Source: Thermoanaerobaculia bacterium (GTDB taxonomy: Bacteria > Acidobacteriota > Thermoanaerobaculia > Gp7-AA8). Taken from it: a DNA stretch of 64,000 nucleotides. Shown here piece after piece: positions 1 through 8,264 of this stretch; within the stretch, counting starts at the first letter, position 1; every line of letters begins with the position of its first letter. Position numbers and translations under genes: made by a program. The stretch spans positions 120,577-184,576 of the forward strand of contig DATKDP010000056.1 in NCBI GenBank assembly GCA_035546335.1, written 5' to 3'. The notes under the pieces were generated by a model. The model saw only the letters and a list, made by a program, of their open reading frames with translations. It did no database searches and was not told where the DNA came from.

Positions 1-249
1 CTTCTTCCGGTAGTTGTTGATGAACGTGTTCTTCATGATCTTGAAGAGCCACGCCTTGAAGTTCGTACCCTCTTCGAATTTGTCGTAGTATTTGTACGCC
101 TTCAGGTACGTCTCCTGAACCAGGTCCTCGGCGTCCTCCGAGTTCCGCGTCATCCGGTACGCCGTGTTGTAGAGGGAGTCGACGTACGGCATCGCTGCCC
201 GCTCGAAGTCCCATCCCTGCTCGTGCTCGTATGCTTCCGCGCTCTTCAT
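1..249 (-). CDS. ECF (sigma-24/RpoE-like) RNA polymerase sigma factor, 5' part only (gene continues past window start)
   Basis: Minus-strand translation from ATG at 249 reads [83 protein letters not shown], the canonical sigma-70 region 2 of ECF sigma factors. GGAGAG RBS sits 5 nt upstream of the ATG. Confidence 0.85.
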   Translation of the reverse strand, partial: MKSAEAYEHEQGWDFERAAMPYVDSLYNTAYRMTRNSEDAEDLVQETYLKAYKYYDKFEEGTNFKAWLFKIMKNTFINNYRKK

Positions 250-632
250 GATCTCTCCGGTTAGCCCATCCGCCCCGTACGTGAATCGTTCATAAGTCGT
301 GCCGCCTGGTAGGTTAGATGCGATCACCTCGAAAATAGTTACCAGTAGCAGCAAAATAACTTTTCTGCGGCCCCCAACTTGCTAATCGGCAGCAAGTTAC
401 GGTCTCGACCGGACCGCACAACCGCTCTGCGCGCATCCGCTCCAAATCGACGAGGGTCCAACCGATCGCCTCCTGACCGTCGCCTGTTCGAGACACATTC
501 GTCCTCCATTGGCGACTCACTTCGATCATTCTACGCTTGTCAGGGAAAGTTGGTCTGAGGGAACGCTGGTAAACAAACTGTGAACGAACGGTATTCCTCG
601 CCAGGAGATTGTATCACCGACCCGATCCCAAA

Positions 633-1385
633 TCAATCGTCCTCGCAAAGACGCATGAGCTGCTCGTAGCTCTCGGTCAGCCGGATGAACCGCTCCGCGG
701 CCAACTGCTGCTCTCCAGCCGGCGCCCCGAAGAAACGGTCGGGATGCCAGGCGGCCGCCTGTTTTCGATAGGCGGAGATCACGCGCTGCCTCGTGACGGG
801 AGGCTCCAGCCCGAGCTCGCTCAGCAAGGCCGCAGAGTCGACGACCGGTTTCCGCCGGCAGAAGGTCGCCGCCCCGGCCCTGTCGGCGGAAGCCGGCCTG
901 GCATGCTTCGCGTAGTCGATGTACTCGAAGCGGTAGCGAGCCCGCAACCGCGCCAGCGCATCGGTCTGGAAACCGAGTGCAAAGCTGAGCTCGAGCAGTG
1001 CGTCGTACTGCACGAGAGGAACGGTCGACCCGCTCGCCACCGCCGTTCGCACCGCGGATTCGAGGAGTGCGGTGCTCTCGGCACGGCTGCTCCTTCGGGC
1101 GAATTCGGCGGCCCAGCTTCCCAGATCGATGTTGGTCGTGTACGGTGCGAACGCGTTTCCCACCTCGCGGATCAGCCGCACCGACTGGCTCGGATTCAGC
1201 CCTCCCAAGCGAGCGATCTGGAAGAGAATCGACGCTGCGATCGCCTCGCGGCTCCGATCCGCACCGTCGGGCGCTCCAGCTCGCGCGCGATCCCGTTCGG
1301 CCCTGCTCAATCCAGACGCGATCAGGAGGAATCCCGCGAGCCCCGCCCCGACGATCACCATCACCACGGCAGCCACGAACGCCAT
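633..1385 (-). CDS. djlA: DjlA-like membrane-anchored DnaJ-domain co-chaperone
   Basis: 250 aa. N-terminal TM helix (MAFVAAVVMVIVGAGLAGFLLIASGL). C-terminal J domain with HPD motif (RQRVISAYRKQAAAWHPDRF). TM plus central plus C-terminal J domain matches DjlA architecture. Confidence 0.6.
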   Translation of the reverse strand: MAFVAAVVMVIVGAGLAGFLLIASGLSRAERDRARAGAPDGADRSREAIAASILFQIARLGGLNPSQSVRLIREVGNAFAPYTTNIDLGSWAAEFARRSSRAESTALLESAVRTAVASGSTVPLVQYDALLELSFALGFQTDALARLRARYRFEYIDYAKHARPASADRAGAATFCRRKPVVDSAALLSELGLEPPVTRQRVISAYRKQAAAWHPDRFFGAPAGEQQLAAERFIRLTESYEQLMRLCEDD

Positions 1386-1569
1386 GCCGTAATCATCGCA
1401 TCGGAATCCTCGCAGCGCACTCCAAGGACGTTTCCGACCCCGGAGAGGGCGGGGCTCGGGCTCCTCCGGGCGGCTTGGGTCGCTCTGGCAAGCACCTGGA
1501 CGAAGCGATTTGCGCTTCGTTGCAGTCGTGCGAGCCTGTTGCTCCGGCCGGCGCGCAACTGCTTCGCCC

Positions 1570-2136
1570 TTACGAGCTCAGTATCCGCTGAAGCTCTCCG
1601 ACTCTCTGTTCGAGCTCGGAATCAGGCAGAACCGGCACGGAACCATCGACATCGATCGACTCGTCGACGCTGATCCAGCTTCGGCAGCCGGCATACTCGC
1701 TCCGATTGATCACCTCGACGGGATGCGGAAGACGAAATGCTCGGACGGCAATGACGTGGACGAGCTGATCGGGCCTGAATCGAAAGCGCTCCTCGATCGT
1801 GTCCCGCTCGAAGATCACGAAGGGCTCGACCTGATGAAGGAGCCCCAACTCTCGAACACGAAAAACCGCTGCGACTTCACACCACAGCTCGATCGGCACA
1901 TGTTCCGGATTCTCGTCGGCGCGGTCCGTCCCGAGAAAGTGCCGGACGAACGACGGCTTGAATTGCCGTTCCTTCTGGTGCAGAAACGTCGGAAAGAGAT
2001 AGAAGCGATCCGCCTCGATCCCGAACGTCGGATCGGCAATCCCTCCTTTGCGCAGCAGGACGACCTGGTCGCCGGCCCCGAGCGCCGAGATCACAGACGC
2101 CCATTCCTTGAGCGCAGTGTGATTCGGCAGCTTCAT
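1570..2136 (-). CDS. conserved hypothetical protein (resembles DUF1802 family)
   Basis: Start MKLPNHTALKEWASVISALGAGDQVVLLRKGGIADPTFGIEADRFYLFPTFLHQKE. Its ATG overlaps the queD stop (ATGA on the minus strand at 2133-2136). Family name is from recall, not a search. Confidence 0.55.
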   Translation of the reverse strand: MKLPNHTALKEWASVISALGAGDQVVLLRKGGIADPTFGIEADRFYLFPTFLHQKERQFKPSFVRHFLGTDRADENPEHVPIELWCEVAAVFRVRELGLLHQVEPFVIFERDTIEERFRFRPDQLVHVIAVRAFRLPHPVEVINRSEYAGCRSWISVDESIDVDGSVPVLPDSELEQRVGELQRILSS

Positions 2137-2531
2137 GACGCCGCATCCGAGGTCAGCGTCACCGAGTTGAATCGTCCCTCCCAGATGGTGACGGTCATGA
2201 CGACCGCATTCTCCGGCATGACGGAGGCCGAGAGACGATCGAAGAACCACCGGGCGAGGTTCTCAGCCGAGGGATTGATCTCGTCGAACGGGGTGACCTC
2301 GTTCAGATAGGTGTAGTCGAGCTCCTTCGCCAGGCGCTCGAGATGCCGCCGGGCACTCACGAAATCGACCGCGATGTCGTCGTCGTCCAGCTCCCGAGCC
2401 GCCCCCGACAACTCCGCCTCGACCTTGTACGAATGGCCGTGCAGCGGCTCGGTGACCCCGCGATAGCTGCGAAGATTGTGAGCCGCTTCGAAAAACGCTT
2501 CGACGCGAATCGCGAACCGCGATCTCATCAC
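2133..2531 (-). CDS. queD: 6-carboxy-5,6,7,8-tetrahydropterin synthase (QueD / 6-pyruvoyl-tetrahydropterin synthase family)
   Basis: MRSRFAIRVEAFFEAAHNLRSYRGVTEPLHGHSYKVEAEL...TVTIWE. Matches the QueD/PTPS fold signature (CxxxHGH, E...H). Confidence 0.8.
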   Translation of the reverse strand: MMRSRFAIRVEAFFEAAHNLRSYRGVTEPLHGHSYKVEAELSGAARELDDDDIAVDFVSARRHLERLAKELDYTYLNEVTPFDEINPSAENLARWFFDRLSASVMPENAVVMTVTIWEGRFNSVTLTSDAAS

Positions 2532-2719
2532 TCGCTTCTCCAGAGATGCTCGACCAGCTCTCTGTCGACACCCGCTTCGAGCAGCTCCTCGCGCGTGAAG
2601 TGGGATCGAAGAAGGACTTCGGCACGTTCCGTTCCCCAGCAGCTCGTGAAATCCGAACTGTCGGCGATCAAAGCGAGAAGCTCGATTCGTTTTCGCCGTG
2701 ACTCGTCCATCGATCTCAA
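2528..2719 (-). CDS. small acidic hypothetical protein (about 60 aa), possibly translationally coupled to queD
   Basis: ORF MRSMDESRRKRIELLALIADSSDFTSCWGTERAEVLLRSHFTREELLEAGVDRELVEHLWRSE. Its stop abuts the queD start. No recognisable motif. Confidence 0.25.
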   Translation of the reverse strand: MRSMDESRRKRIELLALIADSSDFTSCWGTERAEVLLRSHFTREELLEAGVDRELVEHLWRSE

Positions 2720-2841
2720 TCCGTGCCACTCCTCCGGTGAGGAGGCATTATCGCGACTTTTCGCTTACCTGTCACCGAGCTCGCGAGCCGGCCCGAGGTC
2801 GTTCGCGAAGAGTCGTGTAGAATTCCGCCTCGCAACGAATA

Positions 2842-3350
2842 TGCCGTTACCGAAGAGCCTTCTCTGCGCCTCCTGCAAACACACCTACCCTGAAGGGTGG
2901 AGACGCTGCCCCTATTGCGGATACGACGCGGCAAGGGCAAAAAAAACGGCGGACGAAGCCAGACGACCGGGCGTCCAAAACAAAGGGGAGGAGCGTCGAG
3001 ATCAAGGCGATTCACGGCGGCGTGCGTCTCAGCCCAACAGGAGCGGGCGCCCAAGACCTCCGGCGGCTGGCACGCAGCAGCCGAAGCAACGACCTCAGCC
3101 TGCTCCCTCGTCACAGCCTCCAGCCGAGCGAGCCGCCGACGGCATGCGCCGGAAGCGGCGCCGGAGGCGGCGCGGAAAACAGAACGCCGCAGAAGGAACG
3201 GCGAGTGCGGAGTCCCCGAGAACACCCGCAGTCAGCACGGAGAAACCGGAAACTCCTCGGAACGGAGTGCCGGCAGCACCTCCGCAGCCGCCGCCTTCGA
3301 CCGATCAACCACGGCGACGACGGCGGCGCCCACGCCGGCGCCGCCCCTAG
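2842..3350 (+). CDS. putative zinc-ribbon protein with long Arg/Pro-rich low-complexity tail
   Basis: MPLPKSLLCASCKHTYPEGWRRCPYCGYD (CxxC-N12-CxxC) followed by a disordered tail ending RRRRRRPRRRRP. Three frames are open across 2850-3500, so the coding call is uncertain. Confidence 0.3.
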
Positions 3351-3354
3351 TCAA

Positions 3355-3440
3355 GCACCCGGACGAAGCTATTGCGCTGCGTTGCGGCATAGCAAGCCCT
3401 CGGCTCTGTCCCTCGCGCAAATGCTTCGTCCCTACGAAGA
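3355..3440 (+). repeat. about 86-bp inverted-repeat dispersed element (MITE/REP-like), copy 1
   Basis: Terminal IRs GCACCCGGACGAAGCTATTGCGCTGCG ... CGCGCAAATGCTTCGTCCCTACGA are near-perfect reverse complements. Four more copies lie at about 49394-49480, 49575-49662, 51860-51937 and 52029-52118. This copy sits between the convergent 3' ends of the Zn-ribbon ORF and the rhomboid-like gene. Confidence 0.8.
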
Positions 3441-3511
3441 GCACGGCAAGGGTGCTCTCGCCTCTCGCCTCTCGTCTCTCGCCTCTCAGGCGCTGGACGC
3501 CCGCTCTGGGT

Positions 3512-4441
3512 CTAGGATGACGAGGCTTCCAGACCCGATCGGTTCGCTTCTCGCTCGTCGTCTTTCGCCTCGGAATTCAGTCGCACGTACCGCACCGAGC
3601 ACTCCGCGAATCCCTCGCATCGAATGCAGTAGCGATCCTCATGCTCCGGCTTGTAGTCGGCGGGAGGACAGATGTTGACGCCGGGCACGATCTCCGGCTG
3701 GATCGTCGTGATGAGCGCATCGATCCGTCCGCGATCGCCACTGACGAGCGCCTCCTTCATGGTTCGGAATCGCTCGAGATTTGCGTCGCCGCCATCCTCC
3801 GCCTCACCGGAGGCCGGTTCGACGGGCTTGAAGGCCGGCCGTGGTCTGGCGATTCGAATGCGCCGGAATCGGAGATAGTAGACGAGGTAGGTGATCGCCG
3901 ATCCTCCGAACGCAGCGATGCCGATCGGACTGCGTCCCAGCACCTGAAGGATCAGATATCCGACTCCGATGTAGGCGAGCCATTTGACCTTCACCGGCAG
4001 AATGAAGAAGAGATAGAACACCTGGTCGGGGACCATGGTCGCAAAGATGAAGAGAAGGGGAAAGCTGATGAAGAAGGAGCCGAGCAGCGGCGTTCCGAGA
4101 ACCAGAGCGACGGCTGCCGATCCGACGACGGACAGCAAAATGAAGAGAACAAAATTCCGCGTCCCATACTCTTCCTCGACCGCACTTCCCATGATGTAGA
4201 GGATGAGCAGATTGAAAAAGAGTGCGATGGGCCCCGACTGCAGGAAGGGATAGGTGAAGAGGCGCCAGAATTCGCCCCCCAGGAACCGGCTTGCTTCGAA
4301 GGCGAAGAGAAACTGATACTTCTGAGCATCCTGGATCTGAAAGAAATAAAAAGCGATCGTCAGGAACAGAAGAATGTAGATCGAATTCAGATTCTCTCGA
4401 TAGCGCATCTCGGATTCCGGGCGAATGGATGGGCTGCGCAT
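3512..4441 (-). CDS. rhomboid-family-like polytopic membrane protein with Cys-rich C-terminal tail (catalytic Ser motif not evident)
   Basis: Multi-TM, low-GC hydrophobic core. TM2-like motif FFNLLILYIMGSAVEEEYGTRNFVLFILLSVVGSAAV resembles rhomboid HxxxN...G..E..G...F. No clear GxSG. C-terminal CIRCEGFAEC. Start chosen at MRSPS; MRYREN at 4408 is the alternative. Confidence 0.5.
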   Translation of the reverse strand: MRSPSIRPESEMRYRENLNSIYILLFLTIAFYFFQIQDAQKYQFLFAFEASRFLGGEFWRLFTYPFLQSGPIALFFNLLILYIMGSAVEEEYGTRNFVLFILLSVVGSAAVALVLGTPLLGSFFISFPLLFIFATMVPDQVFYLFFILPVKVKWLAYIGVGYLILQVLGRSPIGIAAFGGSAITYLVYYLRFRRIRIARPRPAFKPVEPASGEAEDGGDANLERFRTMKEALVSGDRGRIDALITTIQPEIVPGVNICPPADYKPEHEDRYCIRCEGFAECSVRYVRLNSEAKDDEREANRSGLEASSS

Positions 4442-4559
4442 CCCGCTCTCTCGGGAGCGCTTCCAGGGCGCCGCTCGTCTGGGCAACAGATGCGGCGCTC
4501 TCGAAAGTCCCATCGGGAGTGATTCCGGCGCGTGCGCATTGCCCAGCACGTCGTCGGTT

Positions 4560-4660
4560 CGCGCGCGTCACAGGAGCGGGCGCGGGACGCCCGCTCTCCC
4601 CGACGGTCGGCGACATCTTCGCGCGCGTCACAGGGGCGGGCGCGGGACGCCCGCTCTCCC
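4560..4660. repeat. tandem duplication (period about 59 bp) of a GC hairpin motif CGCGCGTCACAGGRGCGGGCGCGGGACGCCCGCTCTCCCC
   Basis: Two near-identical units at 4560-4601 and 4618-4660 (1 mismatch). Each contains a 9-bp stem GAGCGGGCG/CGCCCGCTC with loop cggga. The same hairpin recurs at 49527-49553, 51938-51965, 54258-54290 and, as a variant, at 62991-63029. Confidence 0.85.
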
Positions 4661-4701
4661 CGGGCCGGCGTCGCCGCTCACGACGCAGCGACACCGTCTC
4701 G

Positions 4702-5217
4702 TCAACGGACCTCGAGCGCCTGGACCGCGTGAAACTTCACGCCCTTTCCCGCAGCCACACCGTGCTCGCGGGCAGCACCAGCGCGCAGTTCGAGCACGTA
4801 ACGCGCAGCGGCGCGCGGCGCATAGCTGGGGCACGGGTCTGCGCGACACGGCGGTACGTGCTCCGCGACATCGACGATGGCCAACGTCTCGTCGATCCAG
4901 ATGATGTCGAGGGGGATCATCGTGTTCTTCATCCAGAAGGGATAAATGTCCGTCGCGGGGAAGAGGAACAGCATGCCTCGTCCCTCGGGCACACTTTCGC
5001 GATACATCAATCCCTGTTGCCGCATCGCCTCGTCGGCCGCGATCTCGACCGCGATCGGCGTTCCGTCCGGCAACACCACGGTCGGAACATCCCGGTTCGT
5101 CTGCGGAGGGGCGGGAGCCGCCGGAGGCGGCTCGGTGCCGCGACCCGGCTGGCAGCCGGCGAGCAGCATCGCCGTCACGATCGTGATCGAGGCGCACAGA
5201 GGAGTCATGTCAGTCAC
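4702..5217 (-). CDS. DUF192-family lipoprotein
   Basis: Lipoprotein signal (MLLAGC). MLFLFPATDIYPFWMKNTMIPLDIIWIDETLAIVDV matches the DUF192 core. Its start overlaps the stop of the upstream response-regulator gene. Confidence 0.7.
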   Translation of the reverse strand: MTDMTPLCASITIVTAMLLAGCQPGRGTEPPPAAPAPPQTNRDVPTVVLPDGTPIAVEIAADEAMRQQGLMYRESVPEGRGMLFLFPATDIYPFWMKNTMIPLDIIWIDETLAIVDVAEHVPPCRADPCPSYAPRAAARYVLELRAGAAREHGVAAGKGVKFHAVQALEVR

Positions 5218-6577
5218 GAGCGATCAGGTCATACTTCTTAGCGTAGTAGCGAAAGGAGCGGAAGGACATCTTCAGCAATTCCGCAGCCTGAGTCTGAACG
5301 CCGTTGGACCGCTCGAGAGCCTTGAGCATGAGACTCTTGCCGATATCCTCGAGATGCTTTTCGAGACTGAGTCCGCCCTCGGGCAGATCGAACGAGCTGT
5401 CCGGGATCTCGAAGCCGAGCAGAACAGCTTCGGGAAGGCTCTTGGTCGTCAGCACGTCCGAAGGCTCGAGGGCGATGGTCCGCTCGATGATGTTCTCCAG
5501 CTCTCGCACATTGCCCGGCCAGGGATACTTTTCCAGCGCCCTCATGGCCTCGGCCGAAATGCGTTTCGTCGGCACATCCATCTTCTTGCAGAACTTGGCG
5601 ATGAAATGGTCGGCCAGCAGCGGAATGTCCTCCTTCCTGCGCCGCAGGGAGGGGAGCTCGATGGGGATCACATTGATGCGATAGAACAGATCCTCCCGAA
5701 ACATTCCCTTCTGAATCCCATCGGCAAGGTCGCTGTTCGTGGCGGCGATCACACGCACATCCACCTGCACCTCTTCGTTGCCCCCGACCTTGCGTACTAT
5801 TTGATCCTGCAGTACCCGCAGGAGCTTGATCTGCATCGCCGTCGACATCTCACCGATCTCGTCGAGAAAAATCGTCCCGAGGTGCGCCTCCTGAAACAGT
5901 CCCTTTTTCTCTCGAATCGCACCGGTGAAGGCGCCGCGCTCGTGCCCGAACAGCTCCGACTCGAGAAGCGTCTCCGGAAGAGCCCCACAGTTGATCGACA
6001 CGAACTTCCCACGCCGCCCGGAGTTGTAGTGAATTGCCCGGGCAATCAGCTCTTTCCCCGTTCCCGACTCTCCGGAGATCAGAACGGTCGAGCTCGTCCC
6101 GGCGATTCTGGAAACGATCGAAAAAACCTCCTGCATCTTCCGGCTCTTTCCGATGATGTTCGAGAACGTGAACCGCTCCTCGAGTGCCGTGCGCAGATGA
6201 ATGTTCTCGTCCTCGAGCTCGCGATGCTCCACCGCTTTCCGGACGATGATCTTCAGCTCTTCGATGTCGAACGGTTTGGCGATGTAGTCGAACGCGCCCG
6301 CCTTCAACGCTTCGACCGCCGTCTTCGTCGACGTGTGAGCGGTGATCATGATGACGGCCACCGAGGGGTTCGTGCTCTTCACGCTGCGAAGCAGATCGAT
6401 TCCACTGCCGTCAGGCATCATGAGATCGCAGAGAATCAGTTCGGGCTCGTTTCGCTGGACGATCTCGCGGGCCTCGGCGAGTGAAGACGCACACTCGACG
6501 CGACAGCCATCGTCCTCGAACACGATCTGCAGAAAATCACGGAGTGACGCTTCGTCGTCGACGATCAGAAGATTCAA
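5210..6577 (-). CDS. sigma-54-dependent two-component response regulator (NtrC/Fis family)
   Basis: Receiver domain (LLIVDDE...LILCDLMMPDGSG...ITAHTS). AAA+ sigma-54 interaction domain (ISGESGTGKELIARAIH, GAFTGA, GNVRELEN). C-terminal HTH. TTG start at 6577 proposed (NLLIVDDE); an upstream GTG is possible. Confidence 0.85.
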   Translation of the reverse strand: MNLLIVDDEASLRDFLQIVFEDDGCRVECASSLAEAREIVQRNEPELILCDLMMPDGSGIDLLRSVKSTNPSVAVIMITAHTSTKTAVEALKAGAFDYIAKPFDIEELKIIVRKAVEHRELEDENIHLRTALEERFTFSNIIGKSRKMQEVFSIVSRIAGTSSTVLISGESGTGKELIARAIHYNSGRRGKFVSINCGALPETLLESELFGHERGAFTGAIREKKGLFQEAHLGTIFLDEIGEMSTAMQIKLLRVLQDQIVRKVGGNEEVQVDVRVIAATNSDLADGIQKGMFREDLFYRINVIPIELPSLRRRKEDIPLLADHFIAKFCKKMDVPTKRISAEAMRALEKYPWPGNVRELENIIERTIALEPSDVLTTKSLPEAVLLGFEIPDSSFDLPEGGLSLEKHLEDIGKSLMLKALERSNGVQTQAAELLKMSFRSFRYYAKKYDLIARD

Positions 6578-6655
6578 TGGTCTCGGACCTCGGAAACAAT
6601 TATATTTCACGTTACCATCAACATCGGTCGGGGCGCCTGGTCCTCGATCGGGGAA

Positions 6656-8233
6656 GTGCAAACGAAAATGCGCCTCACGAACAGGAACCGCTGCACCCCA
6701 CACGGGACGGCCTTCCGTCCGGTCGGACCGCGAGGCGTCATCTTTTTTCTGCTGGCCACAGCCATTTCTCTGCCCGCCCGCACCGACGATGACTTCTCTC
6801 TCGTCATCAGCTCCTCGTCGGCCAGAGCAGGCACTGTCACCGACGTTTTCGTCACGCTCGATGGAGATGCGCGCCCTGCCGCTCTCGCCTTCGTTCTCGA
6901 ATATGACGCAGGAATGCTCTTCGCCGACCCCGAGTCGGTCACCCTGCTCGCGGGATCGGAGTTCCGGCTGTCGGTTTTTGCGCTCGCTCCGGGACGGCTG
7001 GGAATCGTTCTCTACGATCCGCGTCCGCCCATCTCGACGCTCCCGGCGGGAGACATCGTGAGGCTTCGTTTCTCGATCCTGCCCGGCGGCGCAGGCTTCG
7101 CTCGCGTCGCAATCGCGGCCGACCCTCCGCCGAACGCTTCAGATTCGTCGGAGCGGCTTCTTCGAGCAGGCCTGCCAGCGAACCGGATCTCGGGGATCAC
7201 CATCACTCCACTGCGACCCGAGCTCCTCGTCTCGCCGCTGCGGCTCGACTTCGGATCCATTCCGACGGAAACATCAGTCACGAAACAGATCGTTCTCGCC
7301 AACATCGGAGAAGCACCCCTCGCCGTCGAGAGGATTCATCTCGACGATGAAGGCGCACCGTTCGTGCTCGGGCCCCTCCCCCCACTGCCGCTCGTTCTGG
7401 GCGCCGGCGAGAGCATGGCGATCGACGTCAGCCTGGCGGCTGAGATCGAGGGAAGTTTCGCTGCGCACCTGGTGATCGAGCATGACGGATCACCTCCCCG
7501 ATCGGTCACGATTCCCATCCTGGCAACGACCACCACAGGTTCCGGTCATGTCCATTCGACGCGCCTGGTGATTCCGGTCGTGACTCGCATGAAAGTCACC
7601 GACAGCTCACTCTGGCGCAGCACGCTGACACTCCACAATGACGGAGCTGCTCCGGCTTCGATTCGGCTCACGTTTCGTCCCGGCACTTCGGATGCGCTTC
7701 TCCGAGAGCTGCTCGTCGAGCCGGGCCACACGCGCGGGCACGATGACCTCCTCTCGGAGCTGTTCGAACTGGAGGGAGGGATCGGTCCGCTTCTGGTCGA
7801 AGCATCGTCGCCCGATGTCGTCGTTCGCAGCGCAGCCGTCCGCGACGATGGCGAGGAAGGGACCATCAGCCAGCAGATACCGACGCTCCAATGGAGCGAG
7901 CTGTTACGAAGTGGGGAGCGGGGCGTCCTCACAGGGCTGGAACGATCGATCTCGAAGGAGACCAGGATCGCGCTGATCAACTTTTCGTCCGCAGCGATCA
8001 CCCTGCGGCTCGATGTTCTTCTCGCGGACGGGACATCCGCGGGTCTCGTCGACTACACCGTGGAGGGAGGGGAGTTTGTCCCCATGGTCGACGTTTTCGA
8101 CAGGCTCGACATCGACGATGCAAAGAACGTCACCGTGGTGGTGACTTCGCGCTCCCCGAACGCGACTTTCTTTGCTTACGCCTCGACGCTCGATCTCAGG
8201 AGCGGCGCTCCGCTGTTTCAGCCGGTCCGGTGA
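6656..8233 (+). CDS. secreted hypothetical protein with cohesin-like and choice-of-anchor-D-like beta-sandwich domains
   Basis: Signal peptide (GVIFFLLATAISLPA). LDFGSIPTETSVTKQIVLANIGEAPLAVERI motif typical of choice-of-anchor D domains. Divergent from the sigma-54 regulator. Confidence 0.55.
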   Translation: MQTKMRLTNRNRCTPHGTAFRPVGPRGVIFFLLATAISLPARTDDDFSLVISSSSARAGTVTDVFVTLDGDARPAALAFVLEYDAGMLFADPESVTLLAGSEFRLSVFALAPGRLGIVLYDPRPPISTLPAGDIVRLRFSILPGGAGFARVAIAADPPPNASDSSERLLRAGLPANRISGITITPLRPELLVSPLRLDFGSIPTETSVTKQIVLANIGEAPLAVERIHLDDEGAPFVLGPLPPLPLVLGAGESMAIDVSLAAEIEGSFAAHLVIEHDGSPPRSVTIPILATTTTGSGHVHSTRLVIPVVTRMKVTDSSLWRSTLTLHNDGAAPASIRLTFRPGTSDALLRELLVEPGHTRGHDDLLSELFELEGGIGPLLVEASSPDVVVRSAAVRDDGEEGTISQQIPTLQWSELLRSGERGVLTGLERSISKETRIALINFSSAAITLRLDVLLADGTSAGLVDYTVEGGEFVPMVDVFDRLDIDDAKNVTVVVTSRSPNATFFAYASTLDLRSGAPLFQPVR

Positions 8234-8264
8234 ACGGATCCGTGCCGGCGGGCGGCCTCCGCCG

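Noticed and set aside
314-529. 71-aa minus-strand ORF in the low-GC region upstream of the ECF sigma gene
   Set aside because: It lies in the AT-richer promoter region with no RBS. It is more likely promoter or leader DNA.
2716-3225. 169-aa minus-strand ORF opposite the Zn-ribbon ORF
   Set aside because: Low-complexity, Arg/Ala-rich, with no motif. The region is open in several frames due to GC richness.
6578-6667. Sigma-54 (-24/-12) promoter in the divergent spacer next to the NtrC-like regulator
   Set aside because: A candidate TGGTCC was found, but the required GC/TTGC element is not at the correct spacing.
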